64,000 nucleotides of DNA from Eledone cirrhosa (GCA_964016885.1 OZ024741.1:388306001-388370000), one strand, 5' to 3'. Numbered from the stretch's first letter, positions 15,836 to 29,665 are shown. Notes: generated by a model not told the origin, from the sequence alone. Numbers and translations are program-made.

Positions 15836-16343
15836 GAGATGAGCTGGCATAGAATGCTGTAGCTTTCATTCAACAGTGGATCAACAAAGACAATACTAGC
15901 AAGTTATGTTCCATCTCTGTTTAGCCACCTTTAATCCTCATGTTGTTCTTTCTTACTGTCACACAAAACTCTACCATAAACAGTAAAGATGAAAAGCAAA
16001 GTTGACCATTGTGGTATTTGAACTCACAATGCCAGCAGCCAGATCAAATATAAAAGAATTCATTTTACAATCATTGGATTTCAGATTTATTCCCACTTTA
16101 GGCAAGTCTTTTTTAGTATAGCTTCATATATATATATATATACTGTATAGATTAAGAAAATTAACAACTGATGCACCTATATTATGTTTTTGACAGGAAG
16201 TAGGTAGGTAGTTCTAATACTATTTGGTTTGGAAGCAAACCAACTTTGTGAAGTGGATTTAGTCTGTTTAAAGTGTGAACTACAAGGAAAGATGACAGCT
16301 TCATTTGTAGGTGTCACACATCAATAAAAATTGATCAATCAAA

Positions 16344-16383
<40 letters not shown>

Positions 16384-17703
16384 GCATGGAAGTGTTCATC
16401 TGAGTTGATAAAAAACTTTAAATCTTGGCAAGCTCTAACAGTTGTGTAAATGGATAAATATATATTTATCTCATATACCAGTGTGTGTACTGTATGGTAC
16501 CGTAACTCCTGATAGTAGCATACAGTGTTTCTAAGGCATTTTAAAACCTGGCGGAGCCCATCTCTTCTCTAGAATGAATACAGCAGATTTCTTATAGAAA
16601 AAGGAAGAAAATGGGAGAATAGAAGTGAGAATTAGATATAGAGGTAGAATTAAGCCCAATACAAGACTTATCTTTTTATCAACCTCAAAAGGATTAAAGG
16701 AAAAATTGACCTCAGTGAGATTTGAACTTAGAAATCAGAAAGCCGAAATGAATACTACAGAGCGTTCTATCCAACATTTCAATGACTCTGCCAATTCACT
16801 GTCTTCTCACATACCAGGGCAACAAGAAATGAACTGCTTGGGTCAATGAGCCGGCCTCTACATCATCATTCGACATTGTAGGACTAGCAACCAAATCTCC
16901 TTGAAATACCGTCTTTAAAAAGGAAAAACATATTAGATATTGTAGTCCTAAAAATACTATGTAAGTATAGGCATGATGAAGTCATCATCATCCTCATTAT
17001 CATCATCATCATCATTTTACATCCATTTTCCCATGCTTGGATGGGTTGGATGGGTCTTCTACAGCACAGCTACCCTCCACTTGTTGCATTCCATTACTAT
17101 TTCTGTGATGTCCAGCATTCTGAGAGCAGCTTTCATCACTTCTGTTCAGGTTTTCCTTGATCTTCCTCACTAGGAAGCGATCATCATCCATATGTGTCCA
17201 TAACTGTAACCTCTTCAGTGCTGTAGACGAGATAACTCGCCCTAACATGTATGCATTCCAGTGCCATGGATAAGATAACTCATCCTAATATGTTTGAACT
17301 CCTTTCCAACATTTTATAACTTCAAAGTTATGAATTCGTTTCCAACACTGTAAAGCTAGATGATGTTACTAGTTTATTGATGTGACATTTGTCAATAAAA
17401 ATAGTCATTTTACTGAAAAAACACAACAACTGTAGTTATGTAAAATATATGCGGCAGTCAACAGATTAATCTTCTCTCTTGCACTCTGTATCTGATTCCT
17501 TTTCTGCTCATTTCTTCTCTCAGTACATCTGTGCTTTGTCATTTAACTCACAGGCAATATACATCTATGCTTTTTGTGTTGCTGGGGTTTGACATACCCT
17601 CCTCATCAGAAAAGGGTCTTGTGGGGGGAGTTGCCACCCACTTGATCATGAAGCAAGTTATACTGAGTTATATGACACCAATAGCAAGCAGAAGCTCGAC
17701 CTG

Positions 17704-17734
<31 letters not shown>

Positions 17735-17744
17735 TATATAAATT

Positions 17745-18440
17745 AACTGCAAAACTAGGAATGTTGTATACAGCATAAGATGTATGGAGGGACAGTATAG
17801 GAATAGGAACACAACTTACATAGGTAAGATAGTCTGTAGCATAGGAGAAAGGATAAATGAACACTGGCTAGAACTCATCAGTACTCCACCAACATGCCAA
17901 AGTGAAACATGGGACACACTAGAGAACATAGAAATAAAGATCACATCCACACACAGAAAAGACGCAATACTCCGATAGATTACAGAAGCAACAAACATAA
18001 ACAAACTCCAACCAAAATTAAATAGAAAACATGAGTGGAATAGCAACAACATCACAACTAGTAATTAAGAATAAAATAAAGACATACAGAGACACACAAG
18101 AACCAAACTAATAAAACAAACCAGACACACATAGATAGAACAGGCAACTAACTAGTGACAAATAAATAAATGTATAAATAAATAAAGACACACACATGGA
18201 TATAATGCATTCACAAAGCAAGTACACAGCACACAACACACAAAAACATGATGGTGCAGGACAGAACAAAGGAGAGACACAAAACAAAAAATTATACAGA
18301 TGTGTGACGAAAGAGCTTTGGCAATAAATAAACAACCGTCCAGTTATTGAACCAACCAACTAAGAATTTGTCATAAATTGAAGTGAAAACAAACAGGTGC
18401 ATGTGTTTTTATTGGCAGCATGACCCTCCCAAAGTATAAC
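17745..18440 (+). mobile_element. Degraded 3' end of a Penelope-like element (GIY-YIG remnant plus pLTR), same family as 57731-59694
   Basis: CKTRNVVYSIRCMEGQ..TYIGKIVCSIGERINEHW..LENIEIKI. It ends CCCTCCCAAAGTATAA like the young copy. Only the 3' half of the HHR remains (GTGTGACGAAAGAGCTTTG). Confidence 0.85.
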
Positions 18441-18510
18441 AATATCTGTTTTAACACATGTTTTCAGATAAGAAATCTTGCAAAACAAATACAAAAGCAG
18501 AGTATATATA

Positions 18511-18552
<42 letters not shown>

Positions 18553-18839
18553 ACCAAATAAAGAGACATAAGTATATACAGAGAGAGAAAGAACCATATA
18601 TGGCACAAGAAACAAGGTATATTGTATATATACCAAATACATATTCTATAGAAGAATATGGACACAGGTGGAATCATAAGTGAAACCTTATAGCACTATT
18701 TCATAACTGGAGAGTGTGGCTAAAAATTGATACATATATCTCTTTATTTGGTTATTATGGCTCTAGGTAAAGTCTATTGAGCTTGCTTATTGAGAAACAC
18801 AAAATTCTAAACATATTTGATATGTTTTGATTTATTATT

Positions 18840-18878
<39 letters not shown>

Positions 18879-19000
18879 TTAATATAGATGAGATTCTACA
18901 GGACTAGAACTGTTTCATTCTTTAGAAATCAGTACCTTACTTACTGTGGTTACCTCCGATTCAACCTCGGAATAACTTACCTATATATATATATATATAT

Positions 19001-21438
19001 CATCATCATCATCATCATCACCGTTTTACGTCCGTTCTTCCACGCTAGCATGGGTTAGACGGGTTGTCCTGTTGTGTGCAGTGTCTGGTCGGCTGACCAT
19101 GCCTTGCTCATACAGGAACTGATCTGGCTTGATTTCTACAGCTGGATGCCCTTCCTAACACCAACCTCATTTACAGTGAGTGCTGGGTGCTTTTTCGTGG
19201 CGCCTACACGTCCACTTTACAGTGTGGGCTGGGTGCTTTTTTGCCGTGGCACCTCCACGACCACCTTGCGGTGGGGGGTGTGGGGGCATATTGTTTATAT
19301 GCTTCAGCATGTACCCATGGGAGGTCGGGTACTCTGTATTACTGCGTGACGCCAGAAGTCACGGTCGTGTGTCATTGTCTTTGAGAGGTGTAATTGGATA
19401 AGGTCGGCTTTTATCACCTCATCCTAGGTCATCTTGGGTCTCCCCACTCCGCGGTTTCCATCAACTTCTAGTGCTCTGCACCTTTTTATGCAGCTGTCAT
19501 CCTTCATACGCATCACATGTCCATACCAGCGCAACCGCCTCTCCTGCACACAGCATTTGATTCCTCTTATGCTCAATCTCTCTCTCATTTCATTTATGCT
19601 TTGTCGTTCACGTATATTACTGTTACACATCCATCGGAGCATGCAGGCTTCGTTTCTCTCTAATCTACGTAAGTCTTCCACCTTCAGCGCCCAGGTCTCA
19701 CTACCATGCAACATCGCTGTTCGGATACACGCATCATACAGTCTGCCTTTCTTTCTGAGGGAGAAGCCTTTTGCAGCTAGCAGTGGTAGTAGTTCCCTAA
19801 ACTTCTTCCATCCCGTTCTTACCCTAGTTATTGTACTTTCTGAACACCCACCTCCGTTGCTAATTCGGTCACCTAGGTAGCAGAAGCTGTCTACTGTTTC
19901 TACAGGGCCCTCCCAGAGATTGGTGGTACTTGTTTCCTGTGGCTGTTTGCTGCTTGCTGTTTCAGCACAGCTGCTGCATGTGAATCCTACATTCTTAATT
20001 AAGCTTCCTGAGATCCCACTACATCTCTTGTGTACCCATTGTTTGCATTTGGGGCAGAGAATGGAGTTCCTACCTACACCTTTCCTACATACTGAGCAAG
20101 GCCATTTCCCCGAGGGGATCTGGGTTCTGTTTTCTCGTCTACTTACAAGGACCTTAGTCTTGGTCATGTTGACTTTGAGACCCTTTCTCTCTAGTCCCTG
20201 CTTCCAGGTTTGGAATTTATTCTCTAGTTCTACCATAGATTCAGCTATGAGTGCGAGGTCATCAGCATACAGGAGTTCTCATGGGCATTCCGTCTTAAAC
20301 TCCTCCGTTATTGCCTGCAGGACTATGATGAACAGGAGAGGGCTAAGAACAGAGCCCTGGTGGACCCCAACCTGTGCGCTAAATTCCTCGCTATACTCAT
20401 TGCTAATCCTAACTTTGCTGACTGCTCCCCTATACATGGCTTGTACCGCTTTCACAAGCCATTCATCTACTCCTAGTTTTCTAAGAGCCCACCAGATTAC
20501 AGCACGTGGAACTCTGTCAAAGGCTTTCTCAAGGTCGACAAATGCCAAGTAGAGTGGCTTACTTTTAGCTAGGTACTTTTCCTGTAATTGCCTCACAAGG
20601 AAGAGGGCATCAGTGGTGTCTCTTCCTGGTACAAACCCAAATTGCATCTCGTCTATATTCAACCGGTCCCTAATCTTTCTGTTACTTTCATGACCTGGTC
20701 CATCAACTTTATACCTCTATAGTTTCCTCTATCTAGTGCATCGCCTTTGCCTTTGTAGCAGTTGACAATGATGCTACTGCACCAATCTTTTGGTATGGCC
20801 CCTTCTAGTATTACCTGGTTAACGATACGTGTGGTTATAGTGTGACCTACAGAGCCAGATGCCTTCAGCATCTCGGCAGCTATACCCGATGGACCGGTTG
20901 CCTTCCCCATCTTCATATCTTTGATTGCCTTATTTACTACGCTGCTGCTGACTTGTACTGCTGGTCCCTCTATAGGGTCTACTTGGGGTAGGGTCTCTTC
21001 TTCCCATGCATTCTCCTCATTTAGTAATCTATCATAATGACTCTTCCATGCATCTTTCTTCTCAGCACTTGTGAGGGCAAGCTCACCTTTATCATTCCGG
21101 ATACACTTCTTTCCAATGACATCACAACTATCTCTGACACACTGCCTCGCAATCTTGAATACCTCCTGTTTCTGGTCCTCACGTTGTAAAACTTGCTTGA
21201 ATTTTCTATCCTCTGCTTCCCTCCTAGCTAAGTATACTTGTCGCCTAGCTTCCCTCTTGGTCTCTATATAATGTATCCTGCTCCCCCGTTCTTCCATTCT
21301 TTCCATGCCTGTCTCTTGGCCTTAACTGCTTCATCTACCTTATTGTTCCACCACCAAGTCACTCTCCTCCTGCTTGAGGTCTTACTCCAGTAAATTATTT
21401 TTTTTATATTATTAATATTTTTTTCATCCGTCGCCTCT
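19001..21438 (-). mobile_element. 5'-truncated RTE-clade LINE with a frameshifted RT pseudogene
   Basis: NYRGIKLM, QFGFVPGR, AFVDLEKAFDRVP, GVHQGSVLSPLLF, YADD region, FCYLG, MLHGSETW, RRLRWYGHV. 3' UTR ends in a (GAT)n tail at 19001-19022. Confidence 0.95.
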
Positions 21439-21474
21439 AGTAAATTATTTTTTTTATATTATTAATATTTTTTT

Positions 21475-21673
<199 letters not shown>

Positions 21674-22084
21674 TGAAAGGCACTTCGTCGGTTACGATGA
21701 TGAGTGTTCCAGTTGATCTGATCATATATCTGCATATATATATAAATTTTGTATTGGTGCTCCAACACAGTGATATACACCAAAACAAATTTAATTTAAT
21801 CCTGGCCAGCTACCAATCTGTATGCAAATGAGTTTCATCAGCTCATAAACATAAGCAAGAATCTTTAAGATTCTAGCTTATTTTAATCTTCAGCAGAAGT
21901 GGAGAGATATGTAGTGTTAATAAATGCAAAAAAGTGAGAAACGATGCATTGTCGATTACTTTCCCCTGCATTTGCTTCAGTTAGGTGTGTAACTTTGGTT
22001 ACAACCTTAAAATTCATAGCAAAAGGCCCTGAAATGATTTTCATAAACATCCCATATATTATTCAATATACAATAAGCACATAT

Positions 22085-22335
22085 ATCATCATCATTTAAT
22101 ATCCATTTTCCACATGAGCTGCCCCATTGTGAGACAAGCTAGGTTGGAGGACTGTGTTTTGCTCACACAGAACTGATTTTATGTTGGTCTTTATGGCTGG
22201 ATGCCTTTTCTAACACCAACCACATTTACAGTGTGGGCTGGGCGCCTTTTGTCATGTCACCAACACGACCACTTTATAGTATAGACTGGCCGCATTTTTG
22301 TTGTGACACCTACACGACCACTTTACAGAGTGGAT
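22085..22335 (-). mobile_element. RTE 3'-UTR-derived short repeat
   Basis: CATCATCAT tail and GGCTGGATGCC..CTAACACCAACC motif shared with the RTE 3' UTR. Confidence 0.7.
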
Positions 22336-22339
22336 ATAA

Positions 22340-22379
<40 letters not shown>

Positions 22380-22920
22380 TTATTTGTGTTTCCTTTTGTT
22401 AAGCTCTACTTGTTAAATATCAGCTTCATATGATCTGAAGTGGATGTTGTAAGAAATATGTAAAACAAAATTCCTATTCCTAGTTTTGTCATTTTCTGCT
22501 TATTTTTCGACAAAATGATATGTTGTGATAGTTTCCCCATCTAAGAATACCAGTTTGAATCAATATTTGTCTGGGTTTAGATGAATCAAAAATATCTCTG
22601 TGAGCAATGCAACTAATGAAGCTGTCCAAACAGAAAAAAAGATATGTAATTAAAGGGAGGAATATATGATGAAATGAAAAATAAAAACAAACAAACAAAT
22701 AAAATAATATTTTAAAAAATGTAACAGAGAAGTAAAACTGTTTTCCAGAAATCATATCACATGATATATGTTTTCAACATTGTCAATTTTTCTCTATAAA
22801 TCTTTTTATTTATCTTTTTGTTTATTTTTTCAATGTTTTCATTTGACAGTGTTGTTTTATGGTTAGATGTTCCTTTTAGAACCAATTAATCGATTGTGTT
22901 GTGGATATGTGCATTTATGA

Positions 22921-23049
22921 TCATATTGGAATGGAGAAATGGAATATGTACTCCAAGGTCTGCAGAAGCTTCGTTTTTGTCTTCAACTTGTAGATATATT
23001 CTATTTGAAACTGTTCACTCTCCAACAATTGATGCCAACTCTTGACAGG
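22921..23049 (-). other. Candidate terminal exon of an unidentified host gene
   Basis: Long T-rich tract then TTTTTAG acceptor, with frame PVKSWHQLLESEQFQIEYIYKLKTKTKLLQTLEYIFHFSIPI*. No homology recognised. Confidence 0.2.
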
Positions 23050-23699
23050 CTAAAAATATGAGGAAAACTTTTTAATAAAATAAAAAACAAACAAAAAAAA
23101 AACAATAAAATTCTTTAACTTCACAAATTACAATTCATTGCACACAAAGGCCACACGAAAGGCAAAGTAATTGCAAACTACTTTTTGTTAGATATAACTA
23201 TAAGTATTCTAATTATGTACCTTTGTAGCCCTTAATAAGTCATTGAACCCTTTCCAAAGACTTTATGTTGTACCATAAAACAGTGGTAGGTTAGACAAGA
23301 AGATTGGTAAGATCTTAATAGAATAGAAACTCGATTGTGGTTAGTGTTAGTAAAAATTATACAGTGAAGTTTCAGAATTTTCTTAAGTTCATATGTCATG
23401 GAGACAAAAGGAATCTGATGCCTCATGGTTGTTATTTCATCTGAGAAAGAAAACATTTTCCCAGCAGTTGAAAAGAATGTTTTTCTCACTCTCAGACAAA
23501 GAGATAGTCCCTCTAAATCAGATTTTTCTTCTCTCCATAACATATAAACTTATCCAAACTCACAATAAATGTGAAGCTTTTTCCATGGCCAATTAATATA
23601 TGTAACAAACAAATAGATGTAAAGTGATATTAAATTTGATAACCACCAATTTGAGACAGAAAAAAGCACATTTTGAACCACATAATCTATCCAGCAAAG

Positions 23700-24017
23700 T
23701 AGAACCAGAAATAAAACAAAACAATTTAAAAAGAAGGAACAAAAGTACAGAGTAGGTGGTATTAGTTTAATGCTGTAACGAAAAAATAGGAAGTAAAGAA
23801 ATGTTTAATGTTTTGGATAGTTGTCCTTTATTGGGGAAAGCTAAGAAGTAAAAAAGAAAAAAAAGGAGAATAAAAGTAAGTACAAAGAAGGGAACACAGT
23901 AGTGTTATTCTAAAAGCCTTAATATTGAGCACTTCTTACTTCTTATTTTTTCCTTACAGTGTTAAACTAATACTGTATACTTTGTACTCCTTTATTTCAT
24001 TGTTTTGTTTCTGATAC
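23700..24017 (-). mobile_element. Old fold-back unit with a decayed HHR-like motif
   Basis: Degenerate inverted arms 23705-23810 and 23921-24015. Minus-strand CAATAAAGGACAACTATCCAAAACATT abuts the left arm. Confidence 0.45.
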
Positions 24018-24289
24018 GTTTACATATTTTTCACCATACTGACACAAGAGAGGTCTCCAGTAAAAGCACTAACTGTCAGGTGTTGGTGTTAAACCAGGCA
24101 GTGAATTAAGTCTACCACTCCAAGACGGGTACAGTTCATCAGTTCAGGAACAGGCTTCCACACAGTTCTAGACTTCTTATTTTCATCCAGACAGCTTGCC
24201 CAAGGTGTCTCATAGTTGGATTGAACTCAGAATGACATGATTGTGAAACAAACTTCCTGACCATCTGGTCATATTTGTATCTGTGATAT

Positions 24290-24515
24290 ATATCCATGCT
24301 GTAATGTGGCCGTGTAGGCAACACGGTAAAAACCTCCCAGTCCACACTGTAAATGTGGTTGGTGTTAGGAAGGGCATCCAACTGTAGAAAACCCGCCAGA
24401 CAGTCCTATGCGAGCAAGACAACCACTCTTGCCTCAAGTGGGAAAACCCCCGTCCAAACCCATGCAAGCGTGGAACATGGACGCTAAACCTGATGATGAT
24501 GATGATGATGATGAT
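24290..24515 (+). mobile_element. RTE 3'-UTR-derived short repeat
   Basis: GGTGTTAGGAAGGGCATCC..AAACCCATGCAAGCGTGGAACATGGACG followed by (GAT)n. Confidence 0.85.
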
Positions 24516-24775
24516 ATCTTAGTGGTGGACTGAGTTGTTGGGAGTTTTAACCACACTGAGGTATTGGGAGTGTTATCAAAATGAGTATAGTGCAATGTTC
24601 AGTTAATATACATAGCTTAAAATGCTGGAGGTTAACAGTTGCAAGAATCACATTGACAGGAAGGGAGTTCCATTGAGACACAGTTTTGAAGGATAAAGAT
24701 AAGAAAAATCAATGTTAAATGAATGTTCGGGGTAAGCCACTCCATGAGTGATGAGTGACAGGGAGTGGGGAAGAT

Positions 24776-24892
24776 AATATTGAATAATTGTTTCTACGTT
24801 AGGCACAAGGCCAGCAATTACCCAGTGCATTACTGGTACTTTATTTTATCGACCCCGTAAGGATGAAAGGCAAAGTTAACCTTGGCGGGATT
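24776..24892 (-). mobile_element. 5'-truncated SINE family A
   Basis: Matches the 3' half of the copy at 11221-11413. Confidence 0.8.
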
Positions 24893-24929
24893 TATATTGA
24901 TAATGATTTATATTGATAATGATAATGCA

Positions 24930-25131
24930 TTAACTCTTTAGCGTTCAAACCTCTTTCTGTTCAAACTGGCTATAACTGGCTGCTCATACTTATGTTAAAG
25001 TATTGTTCTCAAAATAAATAATATCAAAATCTCATAGATTCGATATTATGTGAGGTAATTATGTGAGATAAAGTGTTTACCATGAAAATATGATAGTAAA
25101 TATAGAGTAATATAAATGCTAAAAGGGTTAA
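24930..25131. mobile_element. piggyBac-type MITE (TTAA-flanked)
   Basis: TTAA-CTCTTTAGCGTT ... AATGCTAAAAGGG-TTAA imperfect termini. Confidence 0.55.
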
Positions 25132-25829
25132 AGTTAAGTTCAAAGAAATAAACATTTAGATACTTATACAACATAAACAAAGGTATCTAAAATAAAATAT
25201 ACTAACTGAAGAAATATTAAACATCACAACTAAATTTGAACATAACACAACATTTTGGTGGATTAAGCTTTTTGTACCCACATTTCTAATGAAAGATACT
25301 GCCTATAATTTTCAAAGAATTTTGAAAAAATCAAGAATTTGGAGGGATTTAGTAATCTAACTTTCTCATTATTAAGCTGGTGTTTGAAACACAACAAAAA
25401 TTCTTAGATAAATATGCTTTGATGTGGTCCCATAATTCCTGTCAGAATTTTGGGCATTTTAAGCTAGACGGAATCCATCCCTCTCCAGGTCTGAGTATAG
25501 CAGATTTCTTCCAGAGAAGGACAGAAAGTGAGAGGGGAAGTGAGAAAGAGATATAGAAACAAATGGACCCCAGTACTAGACTGGTAATTTTTGTATCCAC
25601 CTCAAAAAGATGAAAGGCAAAGTTGACAGTGGCGGGATTTGAACTCAGAGAGCAGACAGCTAGAACAAATATCACAAAGCACCCATTCAGATGTGCTAAC
25701 AACTCTGCTAATTTCCTGCCTTTTAGTTAAATATAAACACTTTAAAAAAGAAAGTTTTGTATTGTAAAACCAAGTTGGTTTGGTATCAAAAGAGATAAGA
25801 AAGAATATGGGGCTATGGTGCGCCATTGG

Positions 25830-26035
25830 TTGAACCTTATTGTGAAGATAAAGTTTGTGGTTGAACCTATGGTAGTGGAGACTTCTGGCATTCTTGGCTT
25901 CCAGACCACATCCCTGTTTACTGCTATTAGAGCAGAGTTGGCTGCCTGCAGGTGCGAGTCCTGTGAAGTGAATTGGCTCTTCTAGTGTGTCTCCCTCACT
26001 ATACTCCAGGGCAATGTTTACCCAATTCTGTTGTC
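25830..26035 (+). mobile_element. 3' fragment of a restriction-like-endonuclease LINE (CRE-like)
   Basis: EPMVVETSGILGFQTTSLFTAIRAELAA..EVNWLF*CVSLTILQGN resembles the RLE C-terminal P..ET.G..G..WL.QRLSL.I..GN pattern. Confidence 0.5.
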
Positions 26036-26327
26036 TGGGACCATGAAACGGGTTGACTCTTAAGTTTTATTTATGGTGGGGATTTTACTTCCAAAAGCAT
26101 GAATAAAAAGATAGTGAAAGCATTTAATAGTAACTGTGTCTAATAAAAAAACGAATAAATCCTTTGGAATTTGTTTGACATAATCTCACTATATGTTTGT
26201 TATACAAAGAGTTTAGGCATTGGGAGTGTGATAATAGTACTTGAGGAATAGTACATGTCTTTATTTGAAAGAGAGGGATATTTTAGTAATGAATTTCAGG
26301 TTCAATGATTTTAACAGAAGTTCTCTT

Positions 26328-29300
26328 AAGAATATTATGTTGAGTATTCTGTAGTTTAGCCAATAGAATAAATATATTGAGTATTCTGTAGTTTAGCCAA
26401 TAGAATAAATATATTGAGTATTCTGTAGACTAACCAATAGAATAAATATATTGAGTATTCTCTAGACTAGCCAATATAATAAATATGTTGAGTATTCTGT
26501 AGACTAACCAATAGAATAAATATATTGAGTATTCTCTAGACTAGCCAATATAATAAATATATTGAGTATTCTCTAGACTAGCCAATATAATAAATATGTT
26601 GAGTATTGTGTAGACTAACCAATAGAATAAATATATTGAGTATTCTCTAGACTAGCCAATATAATAAATATGTTGAGTATTGTGTAGACTAACCAATAGA
26701 ATAAATATATTGAGTATTCTCTAGACTAGCCAATATAATAAATATGTTGAGTATTCTGTAGACTAACCAATAGAATAAATATATTGAGTATTCTCTAGAC
26801 TAGCCAATATAATAAATATATTGAGTATTCTGTAGACTAACCAATAGAATAAATATATTGAGTATTCTCTAGACTAGCCAATATAATAAATATGTTGAGT
26901 ATTGTGTAGACTAACCAATAGAATAAATATATTGAGTATTCTCTAGACTAGCCAATATAATAAATATGTTGAGTATTCTGTAGACTAACCAATAGAATAA
27001 ATATATTGAGTATTCTCTAGACTAGCCAATATAATAAATATGTTGAGTATTGTGTAGACTAACCAATAGAATAAATATATTGAGTATTCTCTAGACTAGC
27101 CAATAGAATAAATATGTTGAGTATTCTGTAGACTAACCAACAGAATAAATATGTTGAGTATTCTGTAGACTAACCAAGAGAATAAATATATTGAGTATTC
27201 TCTAGACTAGCCAATAGAATAAATATGTTGAGTATTCTGTAGACTAGCCAATATAATAAATATGTTGAGTATTCTGTAGACTAACCAATAGAATAAATAT
27301 ATTGAGTATTCTCTAGACTAGCCAATAGAATAAATATGTTGAGTATTCTGTAGACTAACCAATAGAATAAATATGTTGAGTATTCTGTAGACTAACCAAG
27401 AGAATAAATATATTGAGTATTCTGTAGAATAACCAATAGAATAAATATATTGAGTATTCTCTAGACTAGCCAATAGAATAAATATGTGCAGTATTCTGTA
27501 GACTAACCAATAGAATAAATATGTTGAGTATTCTGTAGACTAACGAATAGAATAAATATGTTGAGTATTCTGTAGACTAGCCAATAGAATAAATATGTTG
27601 AGTATTCTGTAGACTAACCAATAGAATAAATATGTTGAGTATTCTGTAGACTAACCAATAGAATAAATATGTTGAGTATTCTGTAGAATAACCAATAGAA
27701 TAAATATATTGAGTATTCTGTAGACTAACCAATAGAATAAATATGTTGAGTATTCTGTAGACTAGCCAATATAATAAATATGTTGAGTATTCTGTAGACT
27801 AACCAATAGAATAAATATATTGAGTATTCTCTAGACTAGCCAATATAATAAATATGTTGAGTATTGTGTAGACTAACCAATAGAATAAATATATTGAGTA
27901 TTCTCTAGACTAGCCAATAGAATAAATATGTTGAGTATTCTGTAGACTAACCAATAGAATAAATATGTTGAGTATTCTGTAGACTAACCAAGAGAATAAA
28001 TATATTGAGTATTCTCTAGACTAGCCAATAGAATAAATATGTTGAGTATTCTGTAGACTAGCCAATATAATAAATATGTTGAGTATTCTGTAGACTAACC
28101 AATAGAATAAATATATTGAGTATTCTCTAGACTAGCCAATAGAATAAATATGTTGAGTATTCTGTAGACTAACCAATAGAATAAATATGTTGAGTATTCT
28201 GTAGACTAACCAAGAGAATAAATATATTGAGTATTCTGTAGAATAACCAATAGAATAAATATATTGAGTATTCTCTAGACTAGCCAATAGAATAAATATG
28301 TTGAGTATTCTGTAGACTAACCAATAGAATAAATATGTTGAGTATTCTGTAGACTAACCAATAGAATAAATATATTGAGTATTCTCTAGACTAGCCAATA
28401 GAATAAATATGTTGAGTATTCTGTAGACTAACCAATAGAATAAATATGTTGAGTATTCTGTAGACTAACCAATAGAATAAATATGTTGAGTATTCTGTAG
28501 AATAACCAATAGAATAAATATATTGAGTATTCTGTAGACTAACCAATAGAATAAATATGTTGAGTATTCTGTAGACTAACGAATAGAATAAATATGTTGA
28601 GTATTCTGTAGACTAACCAAGAGAATAAATATATTGAGTATTCTGTAGAATAACCAATAGAATAAATATATTGAGTATTCTGTAGACTAACCAATAGAAT
28701 AAATATGTTGAGTATTCTGTAGACTAACGAATAGAATAAATATGTTGAGTATTCTGTAGACTAACCAAGAGAATAAATATATTGAGTATTCTGTAGAATA
28801 ACCAATAGAATAAATATGTTGAGTATTCTGTAGACTAACCAATAGAATAAATATGTTGAGTATTCTGTAGACTAACCAAGAGAATAAATATATTGAGTAT
28901 TCTGTAGAATAACCAATAGAATAAATATATTGAGTATTCTGTAGACTAACCAATAGAATAAATATGTTGAGTATTCTGTAGACTAACGAATAGAATAAAT
29001 ATATTGAGTATTCTGTAGACTAACCAAGAGAATAAATATATTGAGTATTCTGTAGACTAACCAATAGAATAAATATGTTGAGTATTCTGTAGACTAACCA
29101 ATAGAATAAATATATTGAGTATTCTGTAGACTAACCAATAGAATAAATATATTGAGTATTCTGTAGACTAACCAATAGAATAAATATGTTGAGTATTCTG
29201 TAGACTAGCCAATAGAATAAATATATTGAGTATTCTGTAGACTAACCAATAGAATAAATATGTTGAGTATTCTGTAAACTAACCAATAGAATAAATATGT

Positions 29301-29665
29301 TGAGTATTCTGTAGACTAGCCAATAGAATAAATATATTGAGTATTCTGTAGACTAACCAATAGAATAAATATGTTGAGTATTCTGTAGACTAACCAATAG
29401 AATAAATATGTTGAGTATTCTGTAGACTAACCAATAGAATAAATATGTTGAGTATTCTGTAGACTAACCAATAGAATAAATATGTTGAGTATTCTGTAGA
29501 CTAACCAATAGAATAAATATATTGAGTATCCTGTAGACTAACCAATAGAATAAATATGTTGAGTATTCTGTAGACTAACCAATAGAATAAATATGTTGAG
29601 TATTCTGTAGACTAACCAATAGAATAAATATGTTGAGTATTCTGTAGAATAACCAATAGAATAAA
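26328..29665. repeat. 37-bp AT-rich tandem satellite, about 90 copies
   Basis: Unit TAGACTAACCAATAGAATAAATATGTTGAGTATTCTG. TGAGTATTCT occurs at 26341 and 26378. Confidence 0.98.

Noticed and set aside
18876-18985. Insert between TA tracts with AGATGAG..AGGACTAGAACTGTTTC as a decayed HHR
   Set aside because: Both catalytic boxes are imperfect, so it cannot be supported without a consensus.
26328-29665. 37-bp repeats as a CRISPR array
   Set aside because: Units are contiguous with no unique spacers, there are no cas genes, and the context is eukaryotic.
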